Positions 55,176-63,785 of a stretch of DNA of 64,000 nt are shown here, piece after piece (the stretch's first letter is position 1; every line of letters starts with the position of its first letter). The notes under the pieces were generated by a model, which was given only the letters and a program-made list of their open reading frames with translations, was not told where the DNA came from and did not search any database. The DNA is from Clostridia bacterium (lineage in GTDB: Bacteria > Bacillota > Clostridia > Christensenellales > CAG-917). The DNA lies in NCBI GenBank assembly GCA_900763875.1, contig CAAFLX010000035.1, positions 14,553 through 78,552 on the forward strand, read 5' to 3'. A program made the translations under genes and the position numbers.

Positions 55176-55772
55176 ATGATAAAACAAGCAAGATTCGTCA
55201 CGTCGGTTGCCGACGCAAACAATACGCCCGACTATGGCGTGCCCGAAATCGCAATCGCAGGCAAATCCAATGTCGGCAAGTCCTCGTTTATAAACTTTAT
55301 GGTCAATCAAAACAAACTTGCCAAAACCTCGCAAGAGCCGGGGCGCACTCGCTTGCTCAATTATTTTGAGATAAACAACGGCGAGTACTATTTTGTGGAC
55401 TTGCCCGGTTATGGCTATGCAAAGGTCAACAAGCAGGAAAAGCAAAAATGGGGCGGTTTAATCGAAAAATACTTGCGCACGAGCGAGAGGCTCGTCAATG
55501 TTTTCGTGCTTGTCGATATGCGCCACGAGCCGACGGACGATGACAAAATGCTCATCAACTATCTTTACACCTACAATATCCCGTTTACAATCATTGCAAC
55601 CAAAGCGGACAAACTCTCACGTGCGCAACAGCAAAAGTGTTTGTCTGCAATAGCAAACGCTTTGTGTGTCGGCACAAAAGATATTTTGGTCACTTCCTCG
55701 TCGGCAAAAACGGGGAAGGAAGCCGTTCTTGCAAGAATAGACGTCTTGTTGAACAATGCCAAAGTTGATTGA
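55176..55772 (+). CDS. engB: Ribosome biogenesis GTP-binding protein EngB/YsxC
   Basis: ATG 55176, 6 nt after AAGGTG; the ORF track GTG is at 55167. G1 GKSNVGKSS, G3 DLPGYG, G4 TKADK. Confidence 0.9.
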   Translation: MIKQARFVTSVADANNTPDYGVPEIAIAGKSNVGKSSFINFMVNQNKLAKTSQEPGRTRLLNYFEINNGEYYFVDLPGYGYAKVNKQEKQKWGGLIEKYLRTSERLVNVFVLVDMRHEPTDDDKMLINYLYTYNIPFTIIATKADKLSRAQQQKCLSAIANALCVGTKDILVTSSSAKTGKEAVLARIDVLLNNAKVD

Positions 55773-55816
55773 ACATCTTGAAATTTTCGTAGATTATGCC
55801 GTCGATTTGGCATTTT

Positions 55817-55856
55817 GAAAAATAACGCCGAGATTAAAAACGGCGTTATTTTTTTG
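55817..55856. terminator. Bidirectional rho-independent terminator
   Basis: AATAACGCCG-AGATTAAAAA-CGGCGTTATT flanked by an A-run and a T7 run. Confidence 0.8.
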
Positions 55857-55860
55857 TAAT

Positions 55861-55902
55861 TTTATTCTATAATATTGGCATATTTATTCTATAATATCGG
55901 CA
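55861..55902. repeat. Two 20-nt direct repeats, 22-nt period
   Basis: TTTATTCTATAATATTGGCA (55861-55880) and TTTATTCTATAATATCGGCA (55883-55902), just downstream of the minus-strand metallophosphoesterase gene. Confidence 0.8.
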
Positions 55903-55938
55903 ATATTAGAATACTTTCGCAAAATTTGAGGCAAATTG

Positions 55939-56766
55939 TCAAATTTCACACACCTCAACAAGTTTGTTGTCCACAAGGTCGCACGAGGTCAAAAGATAAG
56001 TGATACCGTGCTTTTTTAGGCAAGGAGTCACCCTTGCGCTCTTGCCGTGCAGGTGTCCGTAAAGGACGAAATCAACGTTGTATTTTTCAAGCAGTTGGGT
56101 TACCTCTGTGTCTTGATAGGTTGCTTCAAACGGCGGATAGTGCAACATTGCAATGAGAATATCACCCTCTTTTTGCAATGATTTGGCATAGGACAACGAC
56201 AGGTCTAAGCGGATAAGTTCTCGCTTGTATATCTTCAAATCCTCCTCGGTTGTGTCTTTTGTCGGAATATTCCAACCGCGCGAGCCTGCAATCACCACGC
56301 CTTTCGTTTTTTCTATTGTGACATTTTTCTCGTTTTTGACGCCGTTTGTTTGGTTTTCATCGGCTACTGTTTGCTTTTGGTCGGCTATTGTTTGGTCTGC
56401 AACGGCGTTATTGTCGGAGATTGTTTGCGGACTCTCGACTCTATATGCGTTGTTTTGTATGAAATTGAAATCGGGAAAGTTGGAGCGCATTTTGCCCAGC
56501 GAGCTCCAATAGTAGTCGTGATTGCCCTTTACGACGTATTTTTGCCCTTTTAGATGTGCGATTTGCTCATAGTCGGGTTTTGCCTCGTCAATGGTCAAAC
56601 CCCAAGACAAATCTCCGCCAAGCAAAACAAGGTCGCTGTCCGCAACCTTTTCTTGCCAATCTTCGCTGATTTTTGCAAAGTGGTTTTGCCAGCCGTCCCC
56701 GAAAATATCCATAGGCTTTTCGACGGCGGTGGAGAGATGTAAATCGCTTATAGCAAATACTTTCAT
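55939..56766 (-). CDS. Metallophosphoesterase (calcineurin-like) with low-complexity insertion
   Basis: 275 aa. SDLHL, GGDLSWG, GNHDYYW, MLHYPP, GHLHG motifs. Inserted segment DNNAVADQTIADQKQTVADENQT. Confidence 0.8.
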   Translation of the reverse strand: MKVFAISDLHLSTAVEKPMDIFGDGWQNHFAKISEDWQEKVADSDLVLLGGDLSWGLTIDEAKPDYEQIAHLKGQKYVVKGNHDYYWSSLGKMRSNFPDFNFIQNNAYRVESPQTISDNNAVADQTIADQKQTVADENQTNGVKNEKNVTIEKTKGVVIAGSRGWNIPTKDTTEEDLKIYKRELIRLDLSLSYAKSLQKEGDILIAMLHYPPFEATYQDTEVTQLLEKYNVDFVLYGHLHGKSARVTPCLKKHGITYLLTSCDLVDNKLVEVCEI

Positions 56767-56815
56767 GTGAATAATATAACATAATAAATGTCATTTATCA
56801 ATTGTTGTTGAAAAA

Positions 56816-56853
56816 TCCTATAAAATATAACTGTAGATTCCTATAAAATATAA
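56816..56853. repeat. Two perfect 15-nt direct repeats, 23-nt period
   Basis: TCCTATAAAATATAA at 56816-56830 and 56839-56853. These lie upstream of a minus-strand TTGATA-17-TATATT promoter-like element for the metallophosphoesterase gene. Confidence 0.8.
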
Positions 56854-57018
56854 ATGTAAAACCAAAGAAAAACACGAGCGATTGCCCGTGTTTTTTGATG
56901 TAAACTTGTTGTGTTTTTGTCGCTTTGCGTTTTTTGGTGTTTGAATATGGGTTTTGCGACTTTTTTCGACAAAGTGACGATTTAGATTGCCGCTTTTCAG
57001 GTTGGGAAGAGCGGCAGG

Positions 57019-57630
57019 TCAAACACGCCTTGGCAAGCGTCTTGACTGAACTCGGTGCAGGGCGGAATCTTGCAATATCCGTAGGACGGAACGAGAAGAT
57101 TCACGGGTGCTTGCACGCTCAAAATGACCGTTACGCAGCAAGGTGACGTTAAACGTGTTGTCGCCGACGTAACTGCCTCTTGGCGCAGTCATATTGACGG
57201 TTGCGGCAATGACGGGTGCAATGACGCTGCCTGATGGAACGCACATAACGACGTCCTCGGCGATATTCACAGTTCCCGTGCCGCTGCCGGCTTTGCCGTT
57301 TGCGTCGGTATAGGCGATTTGAACGGGGATTGATACGGTTGCCGTCACTCTCGAAAGTCCCGTTCTGTCGGCAATCGGGGTGATTGTGAGAGAAGTGATA
57401 TTGCCTGCCGACGAGGTTGACGAACCGCCGACAAACGTAAGCGGAAGGGCGGGTGTGACGGGCGAGATGTTGGTTAGAGTCACCGTTTGTTCAACGCTTG
57501 TTTGCATCATGCAAGCGTCGAAAATCTTGGTCGTCTGAATACACACTTTTTCGCACAAACCGTTCATCGGGTTGCCGTTGATGTTCCCGGGGCATCTGTC
57601 CGGCGTAGAGTTATTGTTGCAAAAAGACAT
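57019..57630 (-). CDS. Cys-rich hypothetical protein; apparent +1 frame break near the C-terminus
   Basis: ATG 57630 preceded by AGGAGGTAAAAAG; the ORF track starts at 57696. MSFCNNNSTPDRCPGNINGNPMNGLCEKVCIQTTKIFDAC..., then T/V/S-rich beta-like sequence. The in-frame tail is basic and unnatural, while the +1 frame (57188-57000) encodes a protein-like Cys-rich tail (stop codon 56997-56999). Confidence 0.6.
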   Translation of the reverse strand: MSFCNNNSTPDRCPGNINGNPMNGLCEKVCIQTTKIFDACMMQTSVEQTVTLTNISPVTPALPLTFVGGSSTSSAGNITSLTITPIADRTGLSRVTATVSIPVQIAYTDANGKAGSGTGTVNIAEDVVMCVPSGSVIAPVIAATVNMTAPRGSYVGDNTFNVTLLRNGHFERASTRESSRSVLRILQDSALHRVQSRRLPRRV

Positions 57631-57930
57631 CTTTTTACCTCCTATTATATTTGCCACATAATATGCAATGTCGGATTTTTTGTTGTCAATCTGCAAAAAA
57701 ACGAAGTGACGATATCGGGAAAATGCGTCGTTTCAACCGTGAAAAAATTCATATAAAAATGCGGTTTTTTTATGATTTTTTCCACTTTCAAGACGATTTT
57801 TTGAAATTGGTTATACGCAAAACGACGATTTTTGAATACAGTTTACTTGTAAACCTATATTTTTTGCATAAACCGCGATAAACCTACTAAAAACTTAAAA
57901 AAATTTTGGGGCAAAATTGGAAAATTTCTA

Positions 57931-57959
57931 TTGACAAGCGGCTTATATTGTTATACAAT
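57931..57959 (+). promoter_or_regulatory. Sigma-A-like promoter of the dcw cluster (TTGACA-17-TACAAT)
   Basis: TTGACA 57931-57936, 17-nt spacer, TACAAT 57954-57959, 43 nt upstream of mraZ. Confidence 0.55.
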
Positions 57960-58001
57960 AACAAGCGTAACGGGTGTAGTACCCTCAAAAAGGAAAGACA
58001 A

Positions 58002-58445
58002 ATGCCAAAATTTATGCTCGGAAATGCTCGCCACCAACTGGACGAGCGCAATAGATTCAGGATTCCCGTCAAGTTCCGCGAAGGGCTTGGCACAAATCCT
58101 TATTACCTTCCCGGCAGAAACGGCTGTTTGTACATCGTCCCCGAGGAGAGATTTGAAGAAATGTTCGCGCCGTTCATCAATCAAAATCCCTACACGTCGG
58201 ACACGGACGAATTCACCTCGACGGTCTTCTCGTTCAGCGGCCCTCTCGAAGAGGACGCGCAGGGCAGGGTTTGCCTTGACAAGAACATCAAAGAGAAATT
58301 CGGCATTGACAAAGAAATGGTTTTCGTCGGCAAGGCGACCTACCTTGAAGTTTGGCCGGCGGAGGCTTGGGACGCAAGATACGGCGTGCTAGACCCCGGC
58401 AAGATCGACAAGATGATCCAAGACCTCAAAAAGTACGGAGTGTGA
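58002..58445 (+). CDS. mraZ: Transcriptional regulator MraZ
   Basis: ATG 58002 after AGGAAAG; the ORF track start 57906 covers the promoter. Two SpoVT/AbrB-like halves with DERNRFRIP and DAQGRVCL motifs. Confidence 0.9.
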   Translation: MPKFMLGNARHQLDERNRFRIPVKFREGLGTNPYYLPGRNGCLYIVPEERFEEMFAPFINQNPYTSDTDEFTSTVFSFSGPLEEDAQGRVCLDKNIKEKFGIDKEMVFVGKATYLEVWPAEAWDARYGVLDPGKIDKMIQDLKKYGV

Positions 58446-58447
58446 AG

Positions 58448-59383
58448 ATGGAATTTGCACACGTACCCGTAATGCTTGGCGAGTGCCTTGACGGATTGAA
58501 TATCAAAAGCGACGGAATCTACGTTGACGGCACGGTTGGCGGCGCGGGACACTCGATTGAAATCGTCAAGAGGCTGGGCGAGGGTGGACGACTTATTGCG
58601 GTTGACCGCGACAGCGACGCACTCGAGGCGGCAAGCAAACGCCTTGCACCATACAAAGACAAAGTGACGTTTGTTCACGACGACTACAAAAACCTCATCT
58701 CAGAACTCGATTCGCTCGGAATCGGAGAGGTGGACGGAATCTTGCTCGACCTTGGCGTAAGCAGCTATCAGCTTGACAACGCAGAGCGCGGATTCAGTTA
58801 TATGAAAGACGCACCGCTCGATATGCGCATGGACAGGGAGCAACCTTTCAGTGCCTACGACGTGGTGAACGGATACGACGAAAGAGAACTTGCCAACATC
58901 CTCTTCGACTACGGCGAGGAGAAACTTGCAAGAGCGATTGCAAGAAACATCGTGGCAAAGAGAGCGCAAAAGCCAATCGAAACGACGCTCGAACTTGCAA
59001 AGATAGTTGAGGACAGCTATCCGGCAAAGACGAGATGGAAATTCGGACACCCGGCAAAGCGCACCTTTCAGGCGATACGAATTGCCGTCAACGGCGAGCT
59101 AAATGCCCTTGACGAGGCAATCACAGCTATGGCAAGACGCTTGAAAAAGGGCGGTAGAATGGCGGTTATCACCTTCCACTCCCTCGAAGACAGAATCGTC
59201 AAAAGTGCTTTTAGAGAACTCAATCTTGCCTGCACGTGTCCGCCCGATTTCCCGGTGTGCGTGTGCAACAAGGTGCAAGAAGTGGAGCTTGTCAACAAAA
59301 AACCAATCGTTGCAAGCGATGAGGAACTTGAAAACAATCCTCGCTCCCAAAGCGCGAAACTGAGGGTTGTCGAAAGGCTCTGA
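58448..59383 (+). CDS. rsmH: 16S rRNA (cytosine1402-N4)-methyltransferase RsmH
   Basis: ATG 58448, 2 nt after the mraZ stop; the ORF track start is 58352. HVPVML, DGTVGGAGHS, LDLGVSSYQLD, FHSLEDRIVK motifs. Confidence 0.95.
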   Translation: MEFAHVPVMLGECLDGLNIKSDGIYVDGTVGGAGHSIEIVKRLGEGGRLIAVDRDSDALEAASKRLAPYKDKVTFVHDDYKNLISELDSLGIGEVDGILLDLGVSSYQLDNAERGFSYMKDAPLDMRMDREQPFSAYDVVNGYDERELANILFDYGEEKLARAIARNIVAKRAQKPIETTLELAKIVEDSYPAKTRWKFGHPAKRTFQAIRIAVNGELNALDEAITAMARRLKKGGRMAVITFHSLEDRIVKSAFRELNLACTCPPDFPVCVCNKVQEVELVNKKPIVASDEELENNPRSQSAKLRVVERL

Positions 59384-59519
59384 CGCCAATTGTAAAGCTG
59401 AAAAACAACAAGATAAACAAGATAATAAAACCAAAAAACAAAAAAAAGATTATAAGAAGGGAAACCGATTATCTAACAGGGGCAATATTAGAAAATCGGC
59501 AATCTAAAAGGGGTACGTT

Positions 59520-60305
59520 ATGGCAATCACATTGGATGAATTGTTGGGCAGAAACACAAGGGAAGCGACGCAAAACAGCGCCACAAGTTTTCCTTCATAC
59601 GAAGATTTCAAAACATCTCGCATAAATCAAACGCCTTCACAACCCGTGCAAAGCGCGCGTTACAATTTTGATATTGCGCCCGCACGCGAGATTCGCTCTG
59701 CCGAAAGCGTGAGAAACTACGAAGCCGCACGCCCGTACGTTGCTCCTCAATCGAGCGAGTACCAAACAAGAGAATATCCCTTCTACGATAGTTTGCAACA
59801 AAGAGCGCAATACGCTCCCACGCAATATCAACCCACGGAGTATCAAGCACCCGTGCAAACTTACGACCAAGTGCAATATGCCGAGCCGCAAGTGCAACAA
59901 ATGCCGTCGCATCAAGGTTTCTATGAATTCACTGCACAAGACAGCGAAAGAGCAAGCGACCAAGAATTGTATGCAAGACTTGCACATTCCAACAATGCAA
60001 ACGCCCCCGTATTCGAGGACAGCGCGGCGCAATCTTCCGCTCGCACGGGACTTTTTGCTCGCAAAGCACAAAAGACACAAGATATGACCGAGCAAAAGCA
60101 ACGCGCACGCCTCAACACCAAAGGCAAAGTTATCCTCGGCGTATATCTTGCAGTCATCGCGCTCGTTGCGTCGCTCATCATTGTCAACGCAACCAAAATC
60201 AACCAAGGCAAGGCAGTCACGCCCACGTCCGAAGTTAAAGCTAGCGCACAAGCGAATAATACGGAATCTTTTGCAATAGATTCTAGATATGAAGTTCGCA
60301 TCTAA
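59520..60305 (+). CDS. Hypothetical single-pass membrane protein in the FtsL position of the dcw cluster
   Basis: 261 aa, RBS AAAGGGG. About 190-aa Q/Y/P/A-rich N-terminus, one TM helix (VILGVYLAVIALVASLIIV), extracytoplasmic tail of about 45 aa. Confidence 0.6.
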   Translation: MAITLDELLGRNTREATQNSATSFPSYEDFKTSRINQTPSQPVQSARYNFDIAPAREIRSAESVRNYEAARPYVAPQSSEYQTREYPFYDSLQQRAQYAPTQYQPTEYQAPVQTYDQVQYAEPQVQQMPSHQGFYEFTAQDSERASDQELYARLAHSNNANAPVFEDSAAQSSARTGLFARKAQKTQDMTEQKQRARLNTKGKVILGVYLAVIALVASLIIVNATKINQGKAVTPTSEVKASAQANNTESFAIDSRYEVRI

Positions 60306-62214
60306 AAATCAGACAAAACCCAATCTTCTTTATAATCCAACAAAAAGGCTGTCGGCAATGCTATTGCTGATAGTCTTTTTGTTTTTGGCGATATTTGCAA
60401 AGACTTTTGCCGTGATAATCGTTGAGGGAGAGAGGCTGCAAGCCAAGGCGATAAACCAATGGATGCGCAGTGTCCCCACCGACGCTCCGAGAGGGAATAT
60501 TCTCGACAAAAACGGCAAAATTCTGGCATCTACTGCGACGAGATACAATTTGTACGTCCGTCCAAGCAACACTCCGAATAAGCCGGGCGTTGCAAAACTT
60601 TTGTGCGACGTATTCGGCTATGAGTATGAAAGCACGCTTGCCAAAATCTCCAAGCGCACAAGCGAGGTTACGGTTGCGACAAAGGCGACAAAGGAGCAAC
60701 TCAACCGAATCTATGCCGCAAACCTCAAAGGCATTTACTATGCCGAGGACAATTTTCGCTATTATCCGTACGGCGATTTTATGACGCAGGTTTTGGGTTT
60801 TTGTTCGAGCGACGGATTCGGGCAGACTGGGCTTGAGGCGTACTACGACAAGTACCTTACGGGGATAAACGGCAAGATTTTGACGGAAACAGACCTTATA
60901 GGTCGCGCACTCGACGGCGGAGCAAGTTATTATCTTCCGCCGATAAACGGACTTGACGTCAAAACCACGCTGGACGTCGGCATACAAAGCATAGTCGAGG
61001 GTGCGGTGCGCAATGCGGTTGCCAAATTCAACCCCAAAGGGGTTGCGTGCATAGTTATGGACTATACGACGGGCGGAATCGCCGCTTTGTGCGAGTATCC
61101 GTCTTTTGACCTAAACGACGTGCCAAGAAACGATTTACCCGCGCTTTTCGAGCAATCGAAGAGCAAAATTATCTCCACCGTATACGAGCCGGGTTCGACG
61201 TTCAAGATTTTGACCTCTGCCGCCGCGCTCGATTCGGGCAAAGTTCGCACGAGCGACAGATTTTACTGCGCAGGCTCAAAGGCGGTTGACGGCAAAAAGA
61301 TAAGGTGTTGGAAGTCGAAAGGGCACGGCTCGATAGATTTCGGGCAGGGCGTTGAGTCGAGTTGCAACTGCGTATTTATGGAATGTGCCTTGCGCATGGG
61401 CACGAACAGTTTTTACGATTATATGTCGGCGTTCGGACTTGCAAAAAAGACGGGAATCGATATGACGGGTGAAACGAGCGGAATATTTATCGAGCGAAAT
61501 CTCGTCAAAAACGTAGACCTTGCGCGCATAGGTTTCGGGCAGGCGGTTGCCGTGACGCCGATAGGACTTTTGGCGGCGACGTCGAGCGTGATAAACGGCG
61601 GAACGACCGTCACGCCTCACGTTATGAGCGAGGTAAAATCGCCAAAAGGGGTGCTTGCAAGCGGCGGCATATCGGGTGGCGAGAGGGTGATAAGCAAGCA
61701 AACTTCGGACACTATGCGCGAGCTTTTGCAGCGAGTCGTGACAACGGGCAGTGGCAAGGGCGCATACGTATCGGGCTATCAAATTCTCGGCAAAACGGGC
61801 ACTGCGCAAAAGTACGAAAACGGTCAAATCGCACGCGGGAAATACATTTCATCATTTCTCGGTTTTTCGGCAAGCGAGGGAGCAAACTACGGCGTGCTTT
61901 TTATTGTTGACGAGCCGCAAGGCTACATGTATTACGGCTCGCTCGTTGCCGCGCCTATGGTCGGAGATATTTTTGCAAGCATATTCGCATATTTGGGGAT
62001 AGAGCCTCGCTACACCGGGCAGGAGCAGTCGATAATCGGCGAGGAATTTATCTTGCCGTCGTTTGAGGGACTTAGCCTAATCGAGGCGAAAAATCAACTT
62101 CGCAAGCTGGGTTTATACTTTGAAACGGACGGCGAGGGGGACATCGTCAAAGGGCAGTATCCGCTTGCAGGGGTGAGGGTTGACAAGCGAAACACGGTGC
62201 TTTTGCTCACCTAA
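60289..62214 (+). CDS. Class B penicillin-binding protein (FtsI/SpoVD type) with C-terminal PASTA domain
   Basis: 641 aa, N-terminal TM. Transpeptidase motifs GSTFK, SCN, KTGTA. PASTA-like last 60 aa or so. Confidence 0.9.
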   Translation: MKFASKNQTKPNLLYNPTKRLSAMLLLIVFLFLAIFAKTFAVIIVEGERLQAKAINQWMRSVPTDAPRGNILDKNGKILASTATRYNLYVRPSNTPNKPGVAKLLCDVFGYEYESTLAKISKRTSEVTVATKATKEQLNRIYAANLKGIYYAEDNFRYYPYGDFMTQVLGFCSSDGFGQTGLEAYYDKYLTGINGKILTETDLIGRALDGGASYYLPPINGLDVKTTLDVGIQSIVEGAVRNAVAKFNPKGVACIVMDYTTGGIAALCEYPSFDLNDVPRNDLPALFEQSKSKIISTVYEPGSTFKILTSAAALDSGKVRTSDRFYCAGSKAVDGKKIRCWKSKGHGSIDFGQGVESSCNCVFMECALRMGTNSFYDYMSAFGLAKKTGIDMTGETSGIFIERNLVKNVDLARIGFGQAVAVTPIGLLAATSSVINGGTTVTPHVMSEVKSPKGVLASGGISGGERVISKQTSDTMRELLQRVVTTGSGKGAYVSGYQILGKTGTAQKYENGQIARGKYISSFLGFSASEGANYGVLFIVDEPQGYMYYGSLVAAPMVGDIFASIFAYLGIEPRYTGQEQSIIGEEFILPSFEGLSLIEAKNQLRKLGLYFETDGEGDIVKGQYPLAGVRVDKRNTVLLLT

Positions 62215-62351
62215 ATCGGCACAAAAAAAGTTTGATTTTTGCCCTGAAAAATGCGAAAAGAATTTCCGTTTATGTCTTAAATTGCGGTTGGGTTGCTATT
62301 GCTTTGTACACTCATTATTATGAGTGTATCAACCCTTGGAGGACGCAACTT

Positions 62352-63785
62352 ATGAAACTTGCAAACTTGCTTTACGGCGTAGAAATTCAAAAGACGAACG
62401 TTGATTTGAACGAAGAAATAAACGAGATAAAAATCCACTCAAAAGCCGTTGAGGACGGCGATTTATTCGTATGTTTGGAGGGGGTGAGCGACGACGGCAA
62501 CAATCATCTTGACGAGATACGAACAGATTTTGTCGCGCTCACCGAAAAAGAGCCGAAAAGCGGCAAATTCGTGCTTGTGCGCGACGCGCGCAAGGCGTAT
62601 GCGCAGGCGTGCCAAAACCGCTTTTTGCGACCGCTTGAAGGTATGAAATTCGTGGCGGTCGTGGGCACGAACGGCAAGACGTCAACGGCGCATTATATAG
62701 ATTCGATTTTGACTTTTGCAGGCGTAAAAACGGGGCTTATCGGCACGGAGGGACACTATATTCTCGGCGAAAAGGTGGGGCAGAGTTTGACAACGCCCGA
62801 CCCTTATGAGCTTAACGAGTTGTTTTTCAAGATGCGCACGAGAGGAGTTGAAGTTGTGATTGCAGAGGTCAGCGCGCATGCAATATACCTCGAAAAGCTG
62901 GGCGATATAAAGGCGGACGTTGCGATTTTGACAAACGTATCGCAAGACCATTTGGACTATTTCAAAGATTTTTCCAACTATCAAAGCGTAAAAATGTCCT
63001 ATTTTGAAAGCGGACAAACAAAGACGGCGGTTGTGAACGTTGACGACGAGAGCGGACGCATTTTGCTCAAACGCCTCGAAGAAAAAGAGGGTGTAAAGGC
63101 GGTGAGTTACGGTCTATACAATCCTGCCGATTGTTTTGCGGTGAACGTTGTCGAGGACATAGACGGAGTTAGGTTTGTGGCAAATTTAAGCGATGAAATC
63201 GTGGACGTAAAATCATCGCTTTTCGGTGAGTTTAACGTCTACAATCTTTTGGGTGCGATGAGCGTATGCTCGCTTCTGGGCGTGAGCGGTCAAACGCTTA
63301 TGCACGCCGTGCGCAAAATCAAAGCTGTCAAGGGCAGATTTTCGGTTTTGCACACCGAAAAAGGCACGATAATCGTTGACTTTGCCCACACGCCCGAGGG
63401 GCTTAAAAACCTGCTGTCAACAGCAAGAACCATCACGAAATCACGGCTTATAACCTTGTTCGGATGCGGTGGGGAGCGTGACAAAACAAAGCGCGCTCAA
63501 ATGGGCAAAATCGCCTCTAAATACTCCGATTATATAGTGCTTACAAGCGACAATCCGCGCGGAGAGGACGCGCTTGACATCATCAAGCAAATCGAGTGGG
63601 GAGTGACGATAAAAGACGTCAAGTGCATTGTGGACAGAGCAGAGGCGGTGCGCTTTGCGCTTGCGGAAATGGAGGAGGGCGACACCCTCGTTTTGGCAGG
63701 CAAGGGCAACGAGAGTTTTGTCGAAATCAAGGGCAAAAAGATTCCGTACAGCGACTTCGATATGGTTGCGAGGTACGCAAGATAA
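62352..63785 (+). CDS. murE: UDP-MurNAc-L-Ala-D-Glu--2,6-diaminopimelate ligase
   Basis: ATG 62352 after TGGAGGA; the ORF track start is 62232. GTNGKTST P-loop. The DNPR motif (TSDNPRGED) indicates meso-DAP specificity. Confidence 0.9.
   Translation: MKLANLLYGVEIQKTNVDLNEEINEIKIHSKAVEDGDLFVCLEGVSDDGNNHLDEIRTDFVALTEKEPKSGKFVLVRDARKAYAQACQNRFLRPLEGMKFVAVVGTNGKTSTAHYIDSILTFAGVKTGLIGTEGHYILGEKVGQSLTTPDPYELNELFFKMRTRGVEVVIAEVSAHAIYLEKLGDIKADVAILTNVSQDHLDYFKDFSNYQSVKMSYFESGQTKTAVVNVDDESGRILLKRLEEKEGVKAVSYGLYNPADCFAVNVVEDIDGVRFVANLSDEIVDVKSSLFGEFNVYNLLGAMSVCSLLGVSGQTLMHAVRKIKAVKGRFSVLHTEKGTIIVDFAHTPEGLKNLLSTARTITKSRLITLFGCGGERDKTKRAQMGKIASKYSDYIVLTSDNPRGEDALDIIKQIEWGVTIKDVKCIVDRAEAVRFALAEMEEGDTLVLAGKGNESFVEIKGKKIPYSDFDMVARYAR

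Noticed and set aside
53746-55938. Absence of lon between clpX and engB, and absence of tsaD after rimI, as signs of deletion or rearrangement
   Set aside because: Gene order varies among Firmicutes and these genes may simply lie elsewhere. No scar, repeat or pseudogene fragment is visible at either junction.
56798-57022. 74-aa minus-strand ORF immediately after the Cys-rich gene
   Set aside because: It is a basic, low-complexity translation with no RBS, and it covers the terminator-like hairpin at about 56860-56895. The +1-frame continuation of the upstream gene explains only the first 22 nt or so of this interval.
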